From Bacillota bacterium (GTDB lineage Bacteria > Bacillota > Halanaerobiia > B1SED10-174), in contig SKTZ01000029.1 of assembly GCA_007122335.1 (NCBI GenBank), forward strand, positions 5,593 to 69,592: 64,000 bases of DNA. Reading direction: 5' to 3'. Both the position numbers and the translations under genes were made by a program. The notes under the pieces are model-generated. The model was not told where the DNA came from. It saw only the letters and a list, made by a program, of their open reading frames with translations, and searched no databases. Positions 36,325 through 46,541 of this stretch are shown here, one piece after another; position 1 is the first letter of the stretch; every line of letters begins with the position of its first letter.

Positions 36325-38076
36325 ATGAAAACTCGAGTTTTAGTAGGAATGGGGACCTGTGGAATTGCTGCAGGGGCAAGAAAAGTTATGGAAGCTCTTG
36401 AAAAAGGCCTGCAAGGGGTAGAAGGAGTCGAACTTTTGCCTACTGGCTGTGTGGGCTTATGTGAAAAAGAGGTAGTTGCTGAAATACAAAAAAATGGGGA
36501 AAAAACCATTTATGGTGACCTTACCCCGGAAAAAGTGGAGAGATTGATAGAGGAAGTAGTTTTAAAGGGTAATATAATTGAGGACTGGATTGCTGCCCGC
36601 CCCGAAGAACCCATCCTGGCCAAACAGGAGCGCATTGTTCTGGAGAATTGTGGGCATATTAACCCGGAAAATATAGATGAATACCTGGAAAAAGGTGGTT
36701 ATAAAGGGCTGGAAAAAGCTCTAAAGGATATGACCCCGGACCAGGTTGTGGAGGAAGTAAAAACTTCGGGGTTAAGAGGGCGTGGTGGAGGAGGTTTTCC
36801 CGCCGGCCTGAAATGGCAGTTTGCCAGCCAGGCCCCTGGAGATAAAAAATATGTTGTTTGTAATGCTGACGAAGGAGATCCAGGAGCATTTATGGACAGG
36901 AGCATAAAAGAGGGAGATCCTCATGCTCTCCTGGAGGGAATGCTTATTTGTGGTTATGCCATAGGCAGTGACGAAGGATATATTTATGTCCGGGCGGAAT
37001 ATCCCCTGGCCATTAAACGAATAAAGGTTGCAATGAAACAGGCCGAAGAACGAGGTTATTTAGGAGAAAATATCCTGGAAACAGATTATAACTTCCGGAT
37101 AAAAATAAAAGAAGGCGCTGGAGCGTTTGTCTGCGGGGAAGAAACCGCCCTGCTTGCATCAATTGAAGGGAGAATGGGACGTCCCCGCCCCAGACCGCCT
37201 TATCCGGCCACAAAAGGCCTTTGGAATAAACCGACCAATATTAATAATGTGGAGACCTATGCAAATATTCCTCGAATTATCAGGCGAGGTGGCGAAAAGT
37301 TCGCTCAAATAGGAACAGAGAAAAGTACGGGCACCAAGGTTTTTGCCCTAACGGGCAAAATTAATAATACAGGTTTGATTGAAGTTCCCATGGGGATTTC
37401 AATTAGAGAGATTATTTACGACATTGGGGGAGGCATTCCCGAGGGAAGAAAGTTTAAAGCTGTACAAATAGGAGGACCATCAGGAGGCTGTATTCCTGCC
37501 CACCTGTTGGATCTGCCCATTGATTACGATTCTCTGGTAGAATCAGGGGCAATTATGGGCTCAGGTGGTCTTGTAACAATGGATGAGGAGACCTGCATGG
37601 TTGATGTAGCCTGGTTTTTCCTTAATTTCACCCAGAAGGAATCATGTGGAAAATGCACTCCCTGCAGGGAAGGTACCAAACGAATGCTGGAAATCCTGGA
37701 GAGGATAAAAGCTGGGAAGGGGAAGAATGAGGACATTGAAAGGTTAAAATTTCTTGGCCGCAACATTGTGGATACTTCTCTTTGCGGACTTGGACAAACT
37801 GCTCCCAACCCGGTTTTGAGTACTCTACGCTTCTTTGAAGACGAATATCGGGCCCATATTGAAGAACAACGTTGTCCCGCCGGAGTTTGTGCTGATTTAC
37901 TGCGGTATGTAATTGTTCAGGAAGATTGCAAGCGCTGTTCAATATGTGTAAAAGTTTGCCCGGTGAATGCAATTAGCGGTAAACCAAAAGAAAAGCACCT
38001 TATTGACCAAGAAATTTGCACCAAGTGCAATGCGTGCCTGGAAAAATGTCCTTTTGACGCCATAGTTAAAAAGTAG
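36325..38076 (+). CDS. NuoF/HydB-family NAD(H)-binding FMN flavoprotein subunit with N-terminal [2Fe-2S] domain and C-terminal 2x[4Fe-4S] ferredoxin domain
   Basis: GRGGGGFPAGLKW FMN/NADH motif, the 51-kDa subunit SLBB cysteines, and two C-terminal CxxCxxCxxxCP motifs. Confidence 0.85.
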   Translation: MKTRVLVGMGTCGIAAGARKVMEALEKGLQGVEGVELLPTGCVGLCEKEVVAEIQKNGEKTIYGDLTPEKVERLIEEVVLKGNIIEDWIAARPEEPILAKQERIVLENCGHINPENIDEYLEKGGYKGLEKALKDMTPDQVVEEVKTSGLRGRGGGGFPAGLKWQFASQAPGDKKYVVCNADEGDPGAFMDRSIKEGDPHALLEGMLICGYAIGSDEGYIYVRAEYPLAIKRIKVAMKQAEERGYLGENILETDYNFRIKIKEGAGAFVCGEETALLASIEGRMGRPRPRPPYPATKGLWNKPTNINNVETYANIPRIIRRGGEKFAQIGTEKSTGTKVFALTGKINNTGLIEVPMGISIREIIYDIGGGIPEGRKFKAVQIGGPSGGCIPAHLLDLPIDYDSLVESGAIMGSGGLVTMDEETCMVDVAWFFLNFTQKESCGKCTPCREGTKRMLEILERIKAGKGKNEDIERLKFLGRNIVDTSLCGLGQTAPNPVLSTLRFFEDEYRAHIEEQRCPAGVCADLLRYVIVQEDCKRCSICVKVCPVNAISGKPKEKHLIDQEICTKCNACLEKCPFDAIVKK

Positions 38077-38091
38077 AGAGGGGGGAGATAA

Positions 38092-40779
38092 ATGGCGGAA
38101 ATCAGCGTTAAGATCAATGGGCAGGAAGTACAAATTGAAAAAGGAAAAACATTGCTTCAGGCTTGTGAAGAACTTGGTATAGATGTTCCAACACTGTGTT
38201 ATCATCCGCGGGTTGCAATTGAAGGAGCCTGCAGACTTTGCATGGTTGAGGACAAGAAATCAGGACAATTGATTGCTTCCTGTACTCTGGAAGCAGATGA
38301 TGGGATGGAAATAGAGACGGAATCCCCCCGGGTTGTTGAAGCCCGAAAACTGGTTTTGGATTTGCTCCTAGCCTCTCATGATGTTGATTGTTTTGCCTGT
38401 GAGAGAAATGGAGATTGCCGGCTTCAGGATTACTCCTACCGTTATGGAATTGAAAGAACGGCTTTTCCGGGAGAGCGGAGGGAGTTCCCTATTGATAACC
38501 AGAACCCTTTCTTTGAAAGGGATTATAACCGTTGTATCCAGTGCGGATTGTGTGTAAGGGCCTGTCACGAGATTCCCCAGGCCGGGGCCATTGATTTTGC
38601 CAACCGGGGTTTTTCCTCTGAGATAGCAACACCTTTCAATGTTCCCCTGGAGGATTCGACCTGTGTTTTTTGCGGGATGTGTGTGGAATTATGCCCGGTT
38701 GGTGCCCTGGTGCCCCGTTTGGACCGTTTCACCGGTAGGCCCTGGGAGATAGAAAAAGTAAGAACCACCTGTGCTTACTGTGGCGTGGGTTGTCAGATTG
38801 AATTGAATGTTAACGAGGACCGGGTTGTAGGGATCAGTGGCTATGGGGAAAGCGAACCCAATTATGGGGATTTATGTGTTAAAGGTAAATTCGGCTGGGA
38901 CTATATTCACCACCCCGAAAGACTAACCGCTCCCTTGGTCCGGAAGGAAGGCAAGCTTGTTCCAACCAGCTGGGAGGAAGCCCTCGATTATACCGCCCGA
39001 AAATTTAAGGAAATTAAGGAGGAACACGGTGGAGATGCTCTGGGAGGATTGACTTCAGCCAAGTGTACCAACGAAGAAAACTATCTTTTCCAGAAATTTG
39101 TTCGCGCTGCACTGGCAACCCATAATGTTGACCACTGTGCTCGCCTATGACACTCTGCTACAGTAGCCGGTCTGGCTACAGCATTTGGTAGTGGAGCAAT
39201 GACTAACTCTGTTGCGGAAATTGAAAAGGCTCCAGTTATCTTCATCATTGGATCCAACACTACAGAAGCCCATCCTGTAATTAGTTACCGGGTTAAAAAG
39301 GCCGCCCGGGAAGGCAGCAAGATTATTGTCGCCGATCCAAGACGGATTGAACTGGCTGAATATGCTGATATCTGGATGCAGCACCGACCCGGGACCGACG
39401 TAGCCCTGCTGAACGGGCTGATCCACATTATTTTGAAGGAAAACCTTTGGGATCGAAAATTTGTAGAGGAACGAACCGAGGGTTTTTCGGAATTAGAAAA
39501 AGCCGTTTCTAAATTTACTCCGGAATTAGTAAGCCAAATTACTGGTGTTCCAACAGAGCAATTAACAGAAGCTGCCCGCATTTATTCCACCGCTGACGCA
39601 GCTTCAATTCTCTACGCCATGGGGATCACCCAGCACGTTTCTGGGACCGATAATGTTCTGACTCTGGCCAATCTGGCCATGCTGACCGGAAATTTGGGTA
39701 AACCGAATGCAGGTGTAAACCCGCTTCGAGGACAGAACAATGTCCAGGGAGCCTGTGATATGGGTGGATTACCCAATGTGTATCCGGGTTATCAAAAAGT
39801 TGATGACCCCGCAGTCGCAGCAAAATTTGCCGAAAGCTGGGGAAATGTACCCGGAAATGAACCGGGCCTTACAATGATGGAAATGATGGAAGCGGCTGAA
39901 AAGGGAGATATTAAAGCACTGTATATTATGGGTGAAAACCCGGTGCTGAGCGAGCCGGATAGTACCCACAGTAAGGAAAATCTTTCTGCTCTTGATTTCC
40001 TTGTTGTGCAAGATATTTTCCTCAGCGAAACTGCGGAACTGGCTGATGTGGTTTTACCGGGTGTTTCGTTCGCCGAGAAGGAAGGAACTTTTACCAATAC
40101 CGAACGAAGGGTTCAAAGGGTAAGGCAGGGAATCCGGCCTCTGGAAGGAGCCATGGGTGACTGGAAAATTACCCTGGAACTGGCCAAACGAATGGGGTAT
40201 GACTGGAAGTACAATTCCCCTGAAGAAATATTTAATGAGATGGCAGCTTTAACACCTTCATATGCTGGTATTGATTATGACCGGATTGAAAAACAAGGCC
40301 TGCAGTGGCCCTGTCCCGACAAAAATCACCCGGGAACAAGGTACCTGCATCAAGGGAAATTCCCCAGGGGGAAAGGAAAGTTCCACGGGATAGACTTTAT
40401 TCCGCCCGCGGAACTTCCTGACGAAGAATATCCCTTCCTGCTCACCACCGGCCGCAAACTAACCCACTACCACACGGGAACCTTGAGTCGGAGAAGTTCA
40501 GGTCTTTCCACCATAGATCCCGAAGAAATGGTGGAGATCAATCCCAAAGATGCAGAAGCACTCGGACTGGAGGAGGGGGATAAAATGTTAATTGCCTCCC
40601 GCCGGGGAGAGGTGACAGCTCGGGCCAAACCAACCGAAAGAGTTCCGGAAAAAATGATCTTTATGACCTTCCATTTCAGTGAATCTGCTGCAAATGTTCT
40701 TACCAACCCTGTATTGGATCCTGTAGCTAAAATACCGGAGTTTAAGGTTTGTGGTGTAAAAATAAAAAAAGATGAATAA
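38092..40779 (+). CDS. fdhA: NAD-linked formate dehydrogenase catalytic (alpha) subunit, selenocysteine-containing (in-frame TGA 39148-39150)
   Basis: Track ORFs 38092..39150 and 39199..40779 are one frame. N-terminal [2Fe-2S]/[4Fe-4S] NuoG-like domain, then HNVDHCARL-[TGA][20 protein letters not shown]. This matches the conserved Sec/Cys-His active site of molybdopterin FDHs. The remainder is a molybdopterin oxidoreductase domain. Confidence 0.85.
39156..39185 (+). promoter_or_regulatory. SECIS-like stem-loop for the fdhA selenocysteine
   Basis: GTAGCC-GGTCT-GGCTAC hairpin (39163-39179). It starts 13 nt after the TGA and has a GGUC-containing apical loop, as in enterobacterial fdhF SECIS elements. 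Confidence 0.5.
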
Positions 40780-40783
40780 AAAA

Positions 40784-40811
40784 AGGAGGGGATTTATCCC
40801 CTCCTTTTTTG
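40784..40811 (+). terminator. rho-independent terminator
   Basis: AAGGAGGGG-ATTTAT-CCCCTCCTT hairpin followed by TTTTTT. Confidence 0.8.
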
Positions 40812-40995
40812 CAGGTTAAAAACTTTTAGAGTAGAAAAAGAATAGAGAGAAAAAGGTAAATCCAAGAGCATTGTTTTCTTTAAGTCGTTAAAGGTCTCTT
40901 TAGATGAATTGGAATTTAGTTTCGTTGTTTTTCTGGCAAAATACTCGGATTAAGGAGAAATTTAAACGAATTAAATAACGGGTATAAGTTTCTTG

Positions 40996-41024
40996 TTGCA
41001 GTATTGATTTATTTGCAATAAAAT
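40996..41024 (+). promoter_or_regulatory. putative sigma-A promoter of the mrp-like operon
   Basis: TTGCAG - 17 nt - TAAAAT, ~40 nt upstream of mrpE. Confidence 0.35.
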
Positions 41025-41061
41025 AGTAAGAGGACTGTTGTGGCTAACGGAGGTTTTACTT

Positions 41062-41553
41062 ATGTTTTTTTCCAAGGATGTCCTGGGAATGACAATAATT
41101 TTATATATTTTCTGGCTCCTTATTTCCTGGAGTTTACACTGGGTTAACCTTTTGCTGGGCTTTACCTTTGCTTTTTTTGTGGCCATCTTTATGGCCCCGG
41201 AAATCATAAAAAAAGAGGAAAGGCCGCCGTTTATTGCCCGAGGATTTTTTTTCCTGCGGTTTGTGTTTATTTTAATAAGGGAGATAATCAAAGCCAACAT
41301 CCAGGTTGTGCAGATTGTCCTCAGTCCCAAACTCAATATAACCCCCCAGTTTGTTGAAGTTAAGCAGGTCATGAGGTACCCGGTAACCCAGGTTTTGTGG
41401 GGCAACTCCATCACGCTAACACCGGGGACTTTAACCATAGATGTTGACGATAAAAAAATCCTGATTCATTTTTTAACCGGGGACCTTGTTTCTCACTTCC
41501 CCGATAACCCCGTTGGTAAAGCACTGGTCGAATTCGAGGGGAGATCAAAATGA
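41062..41553 (+). CDS. mrpE: Mrp antiporter subunit E (MnhE/MbhA-like)
   Basis: Family pattern of MnhE. ATG 41062 after GGAGG. Confidence 0.7.
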   Translation: MFFSKDVLGMTIILYIFWLLISWSLHWVNLLLGFTFAFFVAIFMAPEIIKKEERPPFIARGFFFLRFVFILIREIIKANIQVVQIVLSPKLNITPQFVEVKQVMRYPVTQVLWGNSITLTPGTLTIDVDDKKILIHFLTGDLVSHFPDNPVGKALVEFEGRSK

Positions 41554-41813
41554 TTGAAACTGCCTTTTTGGTGGCTGCTATTCTCCTGATGGTGAATGTT
41601 ATATTTTGCCTTTATCGGGCAGCAGTTGGTCCTACTCCGGGAGACCGGGTTGTCGCTATTAATATGATTACAAGTAAGACCATTGCGGTTATGGCCCTGG
41701 TTTCTTTTATGTACCATGAAGAACTGTTTCTTGATGTTGCAATTACTTATACCCTGATCGGTTATACAGCGACCATTTGTGTGGCTAAATACCTGGAATT
41801 GAAGAGGTTATAG
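41550..41813 (+). CDS. mrpF: Mrp antiporter subunit F (MnhF/PhaF)
   Basis: 87 aa, three TM helices. Start overlaps the mrpE stop (ATGA). Confidence 0.7.
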   Translation: MIETAFLVAAILLMVNVIFCLYRAAVGPTPGDRVVAINMITSKTIAVMALVSFMYHEELFLDVAITYTLIGYTATICVAKYLELKRL

Positions 41814-41825
41814 GAGGAGCAAGAA

Positions 41826-42146
41826 ATGCGGGAAATAATTGTAATGCTGTTTTTATTCACCGGTGTCTTCTTTTTTACAGTGGGAACAATCGGGGTTTTG
41901 CGCCTTCCCGATGTTTTTTGCCGCCTCCATGCCAATACAAAAAGTGATACCCTTGGTGTTGGTTTGGTCCTTTCTTCTTTAGTGCTTTATGAAGGACTTT
42001 CTTCAGCGGGAGTTAAAATAGTATTTATGATAATTTTTATCTTGATAACCAACCCCACTGCAGGCCATATTATTGCCCGAGCTTCTTATGATACAATTGT
42101 GGATTGGACCGGGCAGCTGGCCCGGCAAAAGGGTGGTGAGGAATAG
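41826..42146 (+). CDS. mrpG: Mrp antiporter subunit G (MnhG)
   Basis: 106 aa, MnhG-like pattern (VLRLPDVFCRLHANTKSDTLG). Confidence 0.7.
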   Translation: MREIIVMLFLFTGVFFFTVGTIGVLRLPDVFCRLHANTKSDTLGVGLVLSSLVLYEGLSSAGVKIVFMIIFILITNPTAGHIIARASYDTIVDWTGQLARQKGGEE

Positions 42147-42382
42147 TGGCGATCTTAGATCTCCTTTTATTGAGTATTCTTGTTCTCTGTGCTTTGGCCG
42201 CGGTTCGAACCCGGGATCTTCTTGGGGCAGTAATAATATATGCCGCTTATAGTCTTTTGATGGCAATTATCTGGCTACAACTGGGCTCACCTGATGTTGC
42301 GATTACGGAGGCTGCACTGGGAGCTGGAGTTACTACCATACTTATGATTGCCACCATTAGTAAGACGGGGAGGTATGAATGA
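42146..42382 (+). CDS. DUF4040-type membrane subunit (N-terminal MrpB/MbhD-like)
   Basis: 78 aa, two TM helices, GTG start overlapping the upstream stop. Position and size match MbhD-type split MrpB subunits. Confidence 0.55.
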   Translation: MAILDLLLLSILVLCALAAVRTRDLLGAVIIYAAYSLLMAIIWLQLGSPDVAITEAALGAGVTTILMIATISKTGRYE

Positions 42383-42735
42383 TGCGTCAAATTATCCCTT
42401 TTTTCTTAACCCTGGTCCTGGGAGCTGCTCTGCTACTGGTGGTCGCCGAAATGCCTCCGTTTGGGGATATAAATAACCCCGCTCATAATGTAGTTAGCGA
42501 ACGCTACCTGAATCAGGGAGTTCGGGAAACCGGAGCACAGAATATTGTCACTGCTATAATCACGGACTACCGTGCCTATGATACTCTGGGAGAGGTCACG
42601 GTTTTGTTTGCTGCTATTGCTGCAGTGCTTACTGTTTTAAACAGGTTGCGCTTGGGAGTAATCTGTCCTGAAGACAGGGAAAGGGGACTGACAGATGAGG
42701 ATGCAGGAGATCCTGATACTGAAGATAGTTGTTAG
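42379..42735 (+). CDS. MnhB-domain subunit (MrpB/MbhE-like)
   Basis: NIVTAIITDYRAYDTLGEVTVLF matches the MnhB signature. Confidence 0.6.
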   Translation: MMRQIIPFFLTLVLGAALLLVVAEMPPFGDINNPAHNVVSERYLNQGVRETGAQNIVTAIITDYRAYDTLGEVTVLFAAIAAVLTVLNRLRLGVICPEDRERGLTDEDAGDPDTEDSC

Positions 42736-43126
42736 ATTTGTTATTCCCTTTATCCAGGTCTATGGATTTTATGTAATTACTGCTGGACATCTTAGTCCTG
42801 GTGGTGGTTTTGCCGGGGGAACAATTGTTGCTGCCAGCATGGTTTTATATGCCCTGACTTTTGATGCTTCCCAGGGTCTTGAAAAACTCTCCCATGAAAG
42901 AGCATCCCTGTTTGAGAGTCTGGGAGCTATCTGGTATGTTGCCCTTGGTTTTTTGGGAATCCTTGTCGGAGGTAATTTCCTTACAAATGGGCAGATTGGA
43001 ATTCCTCTTGGCACACCGGGCTACCTGATAAGTGGGGGTTTGATTCCCCTTCTTTCTTTTGGGATTGGAATAAAAGTCGCAGTTACCGTTGTCAGCCTTT
43101 ATTATTCGCTGGTTGAGGAGGATTAG
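42695..43126 (+). CDS. MrpB C-terminal-like subunit (MbhF-like)
   Basis: GHLSPGGGFAGG motif typical of the MrpB second half. Start may be ATG 42701. Confidence 0.55.
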   Translation: MRMQEILILKIVVRFVIPFIQVYGFYVITAGHLSPGGGFAGGTIVAASMVLYALTFDASQGLEKLSHERASLFESLGAIWYVALGFLGILVGGNFLTNGQIGIPLGTPGYLISGGLIPLLSFGIGIKVAVTVVSLYYSLVEED

Positions 43127-43128
43127 TT

Positions 43129-43506
43129 ATGGCCGAAGCCCTTGCAGCCCTGGGCCAGAATTATTTCTTTTATTATGCTCTTATTCTTTTTATGGTTGGA
43201 TTTTATACCACACTGAGCCATTCAAATATTTTAAAAAAAATCATTGGGATCAATATAATGGAAACCTCAATATTCCTATTTTTTGTTGCCCTTGGTTATG
43301 TTGAGGGTGGGCAGGCTCCAATAATGGGTAGAGGAGCCGAAGGAGGGCCTTATATGAATCCCCTGCCCTCGGCCTTGATTCTTACTGGAATTGTTGTATC
43401 GGTAAGTATTACGGCTTTTGCCCTGGCTTTGATGGTTAAACTTTATCATTTTTATGGAACCCTTGACGCTGATGAAATTGTTATGCTGCGAGGAGAAAGA
43501 CAATGA
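43129..43506 (+). CDS. mrpC: Mrp antiporter subunit C (NuoK/MnhC-like)
   Basis: 125 aa, three TM helices, NuoK-like. Confidence 0.7.
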   Translation: MAEALAALGQNYFFYYALILFMVGFYTTLSHSNILKKIIGINIMETSIFLFFVALGYVEGGQAPIMGRGAEGGPYMNPLPSALILTGIVVSVSITAFALALMVKLYHFYGTLDADEIVMLRGERQ

Positions 43507-44993
43507 TATATCAGCTACCTGTTCTAATTGTGGTCCAACTTCTTTTGGGTTCTTTTCTTATGCCCATTGTGGGGAGGATTCGCAATCAGCTAATCCCCCA
43601 TATTTCGCTGTTTTTAATGGGTCTCGCCAATGTTTTCTCTATAATTTTACTTTTCCGGGTTGTCCGGGAAGGAAACATTCACTACCACCTTGGAAACTGG
43701 GCACCTCCCTGGGGCATTGAAATTGTTGCAGACCTTTTAGGTGCCTACATGGCAGTTATTATTACGGGAATAAGCTTTTTGGTCCTGGTTTTTGCCTGGC
43801 GGGATATTCAGAGAGAAATAAATTACGCCCTCAGGGGCTGGTTTTATACCCTGGTCCTACTGATTTCCGGGGCAATGGTAGGAATGGTTTTAACCAATGA
43901 TTTGTTCAATCTTTATGTTATGGTTGAAATCGTATCCCTTTGTGGTCCCGCCCTTGTGGCTATCCGGAACAACCGGCTTGCTGTGGAAGCAGGCTTTAAA
44001 TATCTGGTAATGATTGCTCTTGGTTCGGGCCCGATTCTTTTCGGGATTGCTCTAATTTATATGATTACCGGCCATTTGAACATGACTTTCGCCGGCCAGG
44101 AAGTATTAAATGTAATTCATGAATATCCCAGAGTTGCTCTTTTAGCCCAGGCCTTTTTCATCGTAGGTTTTGGGGTTAAGGCGGCCCTTTTTCCCCTGCA
44201 TGTCTGGCTCCCAGATGCTTATACTTCCGCACCTTCCCCCTCAAGTGCTCTTCTGGCCGGACTTGCGGCAAAAGTATATATAGTTGGTTTGACCCGGGTC
44301 CTTTTCAATCTTTATGGAATTGACGTACTTGCTACCACACCGCTTTTTACCATTCTCAAAGTAATGGCGGTGGCAGGGATTATCATGGGTTCAATAATGG
44401 CTCTAAACCAGAAAGATATAAAAAGGTTGGTGGCCTATTCAAGTGTTGCTCAAATTGGGTACATATTCCTGGGGCTTAGCCTGGCTACAGGGTTTAGTGT
44501 AACCGGGGCTATTCTCCACATTTTGAATCATGCCTTAATAAAGTCAATGATGTTTCTCTGCTGTGGAGTAATTATTTACCAGAAAAAAACCAGCAATGTG
44601 GATGAACTGGGGGGAGTGGGGAAGGAATTTCCCATAACCATGATTTGCTTTGGTATTGGTGCTTTTGCCATGGTTGGTATTCCCATGCTCAATGGTTTCA
44701 TTAGCAAATGGTATATCAGCCTGGGAGCCCTGGAATATGGGGGTCTGGCTGGTTTAATGTATTTGCTTGTGATTATTATCAGCAGCCTTTTAAATGGTCT
44801 TTATTATCTACCGGTATTAATTAAAGCCTTTTTGGGTGGGGATTCCCAAAAAGAAACTGTTTTTGATAAAGCACCAATTACTTTGATATTGCCAATTGTA
44901 ATTTTGGCTGCAGGTATAATTATTCTGGGGTTATTACCCTTTGTTCCGCTGCAAATTGCTGCAGACGCGGCCCAGCACTTGTTGGGCCAGTAA
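43503..44993 (+). CDS. mrpD: Mrp antiporter subunit D (NuoN/NuoM-like proton-conducting membrane transporter)
   Basis: 496 aa, ~14 TM. Conserved antiporter-like motifs (GFGVKAALFPLHVWLPDAYTSAPSPSSAL). Confidence 0.8.
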   Translation: MIYQLPVLIVVQLLLGSFLMPIVGRIRNQLIPHISLFLMGLANVFSIILLFRVVREGNIHYHLGNWAPPWGIEIVADLLGAYMAVIITGISFLVLVFAWRDIQREINYALRGWFYTLVLLISGAMVGMVLTNDLFNLYVMVEIVSLCGPALVAIRNNRLAVEAGFKYLVMIALGSGPILFGIALIYMITGHLNMTFAGQEVLNVIHEYPRVALLAQAFFIVGFGVKAALFPLHVWLPDAYTSAPSPSSALLAGLAAKVYIVGLTRVLFNLYGIDVLATTPLFTILKVMAVAGIIMGSIMALNQKDIKRLVAYSSVAQIGYIFLGLSLATGFSVTGAILHILNHALIKSMMFLCCGVIIYQKKTSNVDELGGVGKEFPITMICFGIGAFAMVGIPMLNGFISKWYISLGALEYGGLAGLMYLLVIIISSLLNGLYYLPVLIKAFLGGDSQKETVFDKAPITLILPIVILAAGIIILGLLPFVPLQIAADAAQHLLGQ

Positions 44994-45028
44994 AAAACAC
45001 TATGAATTAACAGGAGGAGGCAACCGGG

Positions 45029-46525
45029 ATGGTACAGGGAGTAGAAACGCATTCGCATTTACCGGGATTGGTCGTATTAATTCCAATAATTTTTACTGCA
45101 TTGGTAGGGATTTTCCAGAAAAGGTCATTTTTGCTCCGCAACTGGCTTTTTATTAGCGGCGCGGCAATTACCTTTGCTGGAATGGCTTTGATGGGCTATT
45201 ATGTCCTGCAGGGAAGAATACTGGTTATCAACTATCTTGTGGCCATGTTTCCGTTTACCATTACATTCAGAGTGGATACCCTAAGTTTTCTTATTGGGGT
45301 TGTTGCTGCAGGAGTATGGCTATTGGCTTCAATATATTGCTTGCAGTACATGAAAGATGACCATGCTCCCAACCGTTATTTCCCGGTTCATATTTTTACC
45401 CTGGCTGGTTCGCTAGGGGTATTTCTTGCGGGGAACCTCTATACTTTTTTCCTCTTTTATGAGGTAATGGCTTTTTCCGGTTACTTATTTGTTATCCATG
45501 CTGAAACTCCAGAAGCTTTTAAAGCTGGATCCAGGTACCTGATGGTAACCATCCTGAGTGGTATCCTGGTTTTCACTGGGGTTATTATTACCTATCAGCT
45601 GGCAGGAACTCTTGACCTGGGTTCTTTAGGAATCATTCCCGAGGCCAATGTTGTCTCCCTGATCGCCTTTGTGGCTTTTATAATTGGTTTTGGTTTTAAG
45701 GCGGGTCTTTTTCCGCTGCATACCTGGTTGCCTGCTGCTCACCCGGTTGCGCCGTCTCCAGCGAGTGCTTTGCTTTCTGGGATTTTGATCAAAACTGGAG
45801 CTTACGGAATAATCCGGGTAACCTATAACGTTTACGGGATCGAGATGATGCGGGATACTGGCTGGCCCACTATTCTGCTGATTTTCGCTGCGATTACCAC
45901 TCTTTACGGATCCATGGCTGCTCTGGTTCAGGATAATCTTAAAAGACGTCTCGCTTATTCAAGTATCAGTCAGATCGGATATATACTTATGGGGGGAGCC
46001 CTTCTTACCGAGCGTGGCCTGGCTGGTGATGTTTTTCACATTGTCAGTCATGCGACAATCAAAAGCACCTTGTTTTTAACTGCAGGGGCAATTATTACCA
46101 AGACGGGGATTAAATATGTAAGCCAGATGGCAGGAGTGGGGCGAAAAATGCCCTATACCATGGGGGCTTTTACCCTTGCTGCACTGGCTATGATCGGGAT
46201 TCCACCTTTAAATGGTTTTGTTAGTAAATGGGCCCTGGCCCTGGGTGCTTTAGATGCTGGCCAGCCAGGCTATGCGGTTGTTCTTTTAATCAGTAGTATG
46301 TTGAACGCCCTGTACTATTTACCAATTGTAATTCTTGCTTATTTCCGCAAACCGGAAGAAGGGACAGTTCTTTATGGAGATATGTTGCGTTACGATGAAG
46401 CCAGGGCGAGTATGCTTGTGCCAATTTTAATTCTGGCTCTGAGTTTGGTCATATTCAATATCCTACCTGTTAACCTGCCACTGGTTCTGGCCGAATTCTC
46501 CGCACGGGCCCTTTTCCAGCACTAG
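45029..46525 (+). CDS. second MrpD/NuoM-like antiporter subunit
   Basis: 498 aa paralog (GFGFKAGLFPLHTWLPAAHPVAPSPASALLS). Confidence 0.8.
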   Translation: MVQGVETHSHLPGLVVLIPIIFTALVGIFQKRSFLLRNWLFISGAAITFAGMALMGYYVLQGRILVINYLVAMFPFTITFRVDTLSFLIGVVAAGVWLLASIYCLQYMKDDHAPNRYFPVHIFTLAGSLGVFLAGNLYTFFLFYEVMAFSGYLFVIHAETPEAFKAGSRYLMVTILSGILVFTGVIITYQLAGTLDLGSLGIIPEANVVSLIAFVAFIIGFGFKAGLFPLHTWLPAAHPVAPSPASALLSGILIKTGAYGIIRVTYNVYGIEMMRDTGWPTILLIFAAITTLYGSMAALVQDNLKRRLAYSSISQIGYILMGGALLTERGLAGDVFHIVSHATIKSTLFLTAGAIITKTGIKYVSQMAGVGRKMPYTMGAFTLAALAMIGIPPLNGFVSKWALALGALDAGQPGYAVVLLISSMLNALYYLPIVILAYFRKPEEGTVLYGDMLRYDEARASMLVPILILALSLVIFNILPVNLPLVLAEFSARALFQH

Positions 46526-46541
46526 GAAGGATGTAGATATA

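Noticed and set aside
38092-40779. Two separate FDH ORFs, or an authentic stop at 39150
   Set aside because: The TGA falls at the universally conserved Sec/Cys position followed by His, with a SECIS-like hairpin downstream. This is a single selenoprotein gene.
42146-43126. Three short ORFs as fragments of a disrupted mrpB (pseudogene)
   Set aside because: Each has its own start and overlaps neighbours in the translational-coupling manner. The three-way split (DUF4040, MnhB, GHxxPGGGFxGG) is the normal arrangement in Mbh-type modules.
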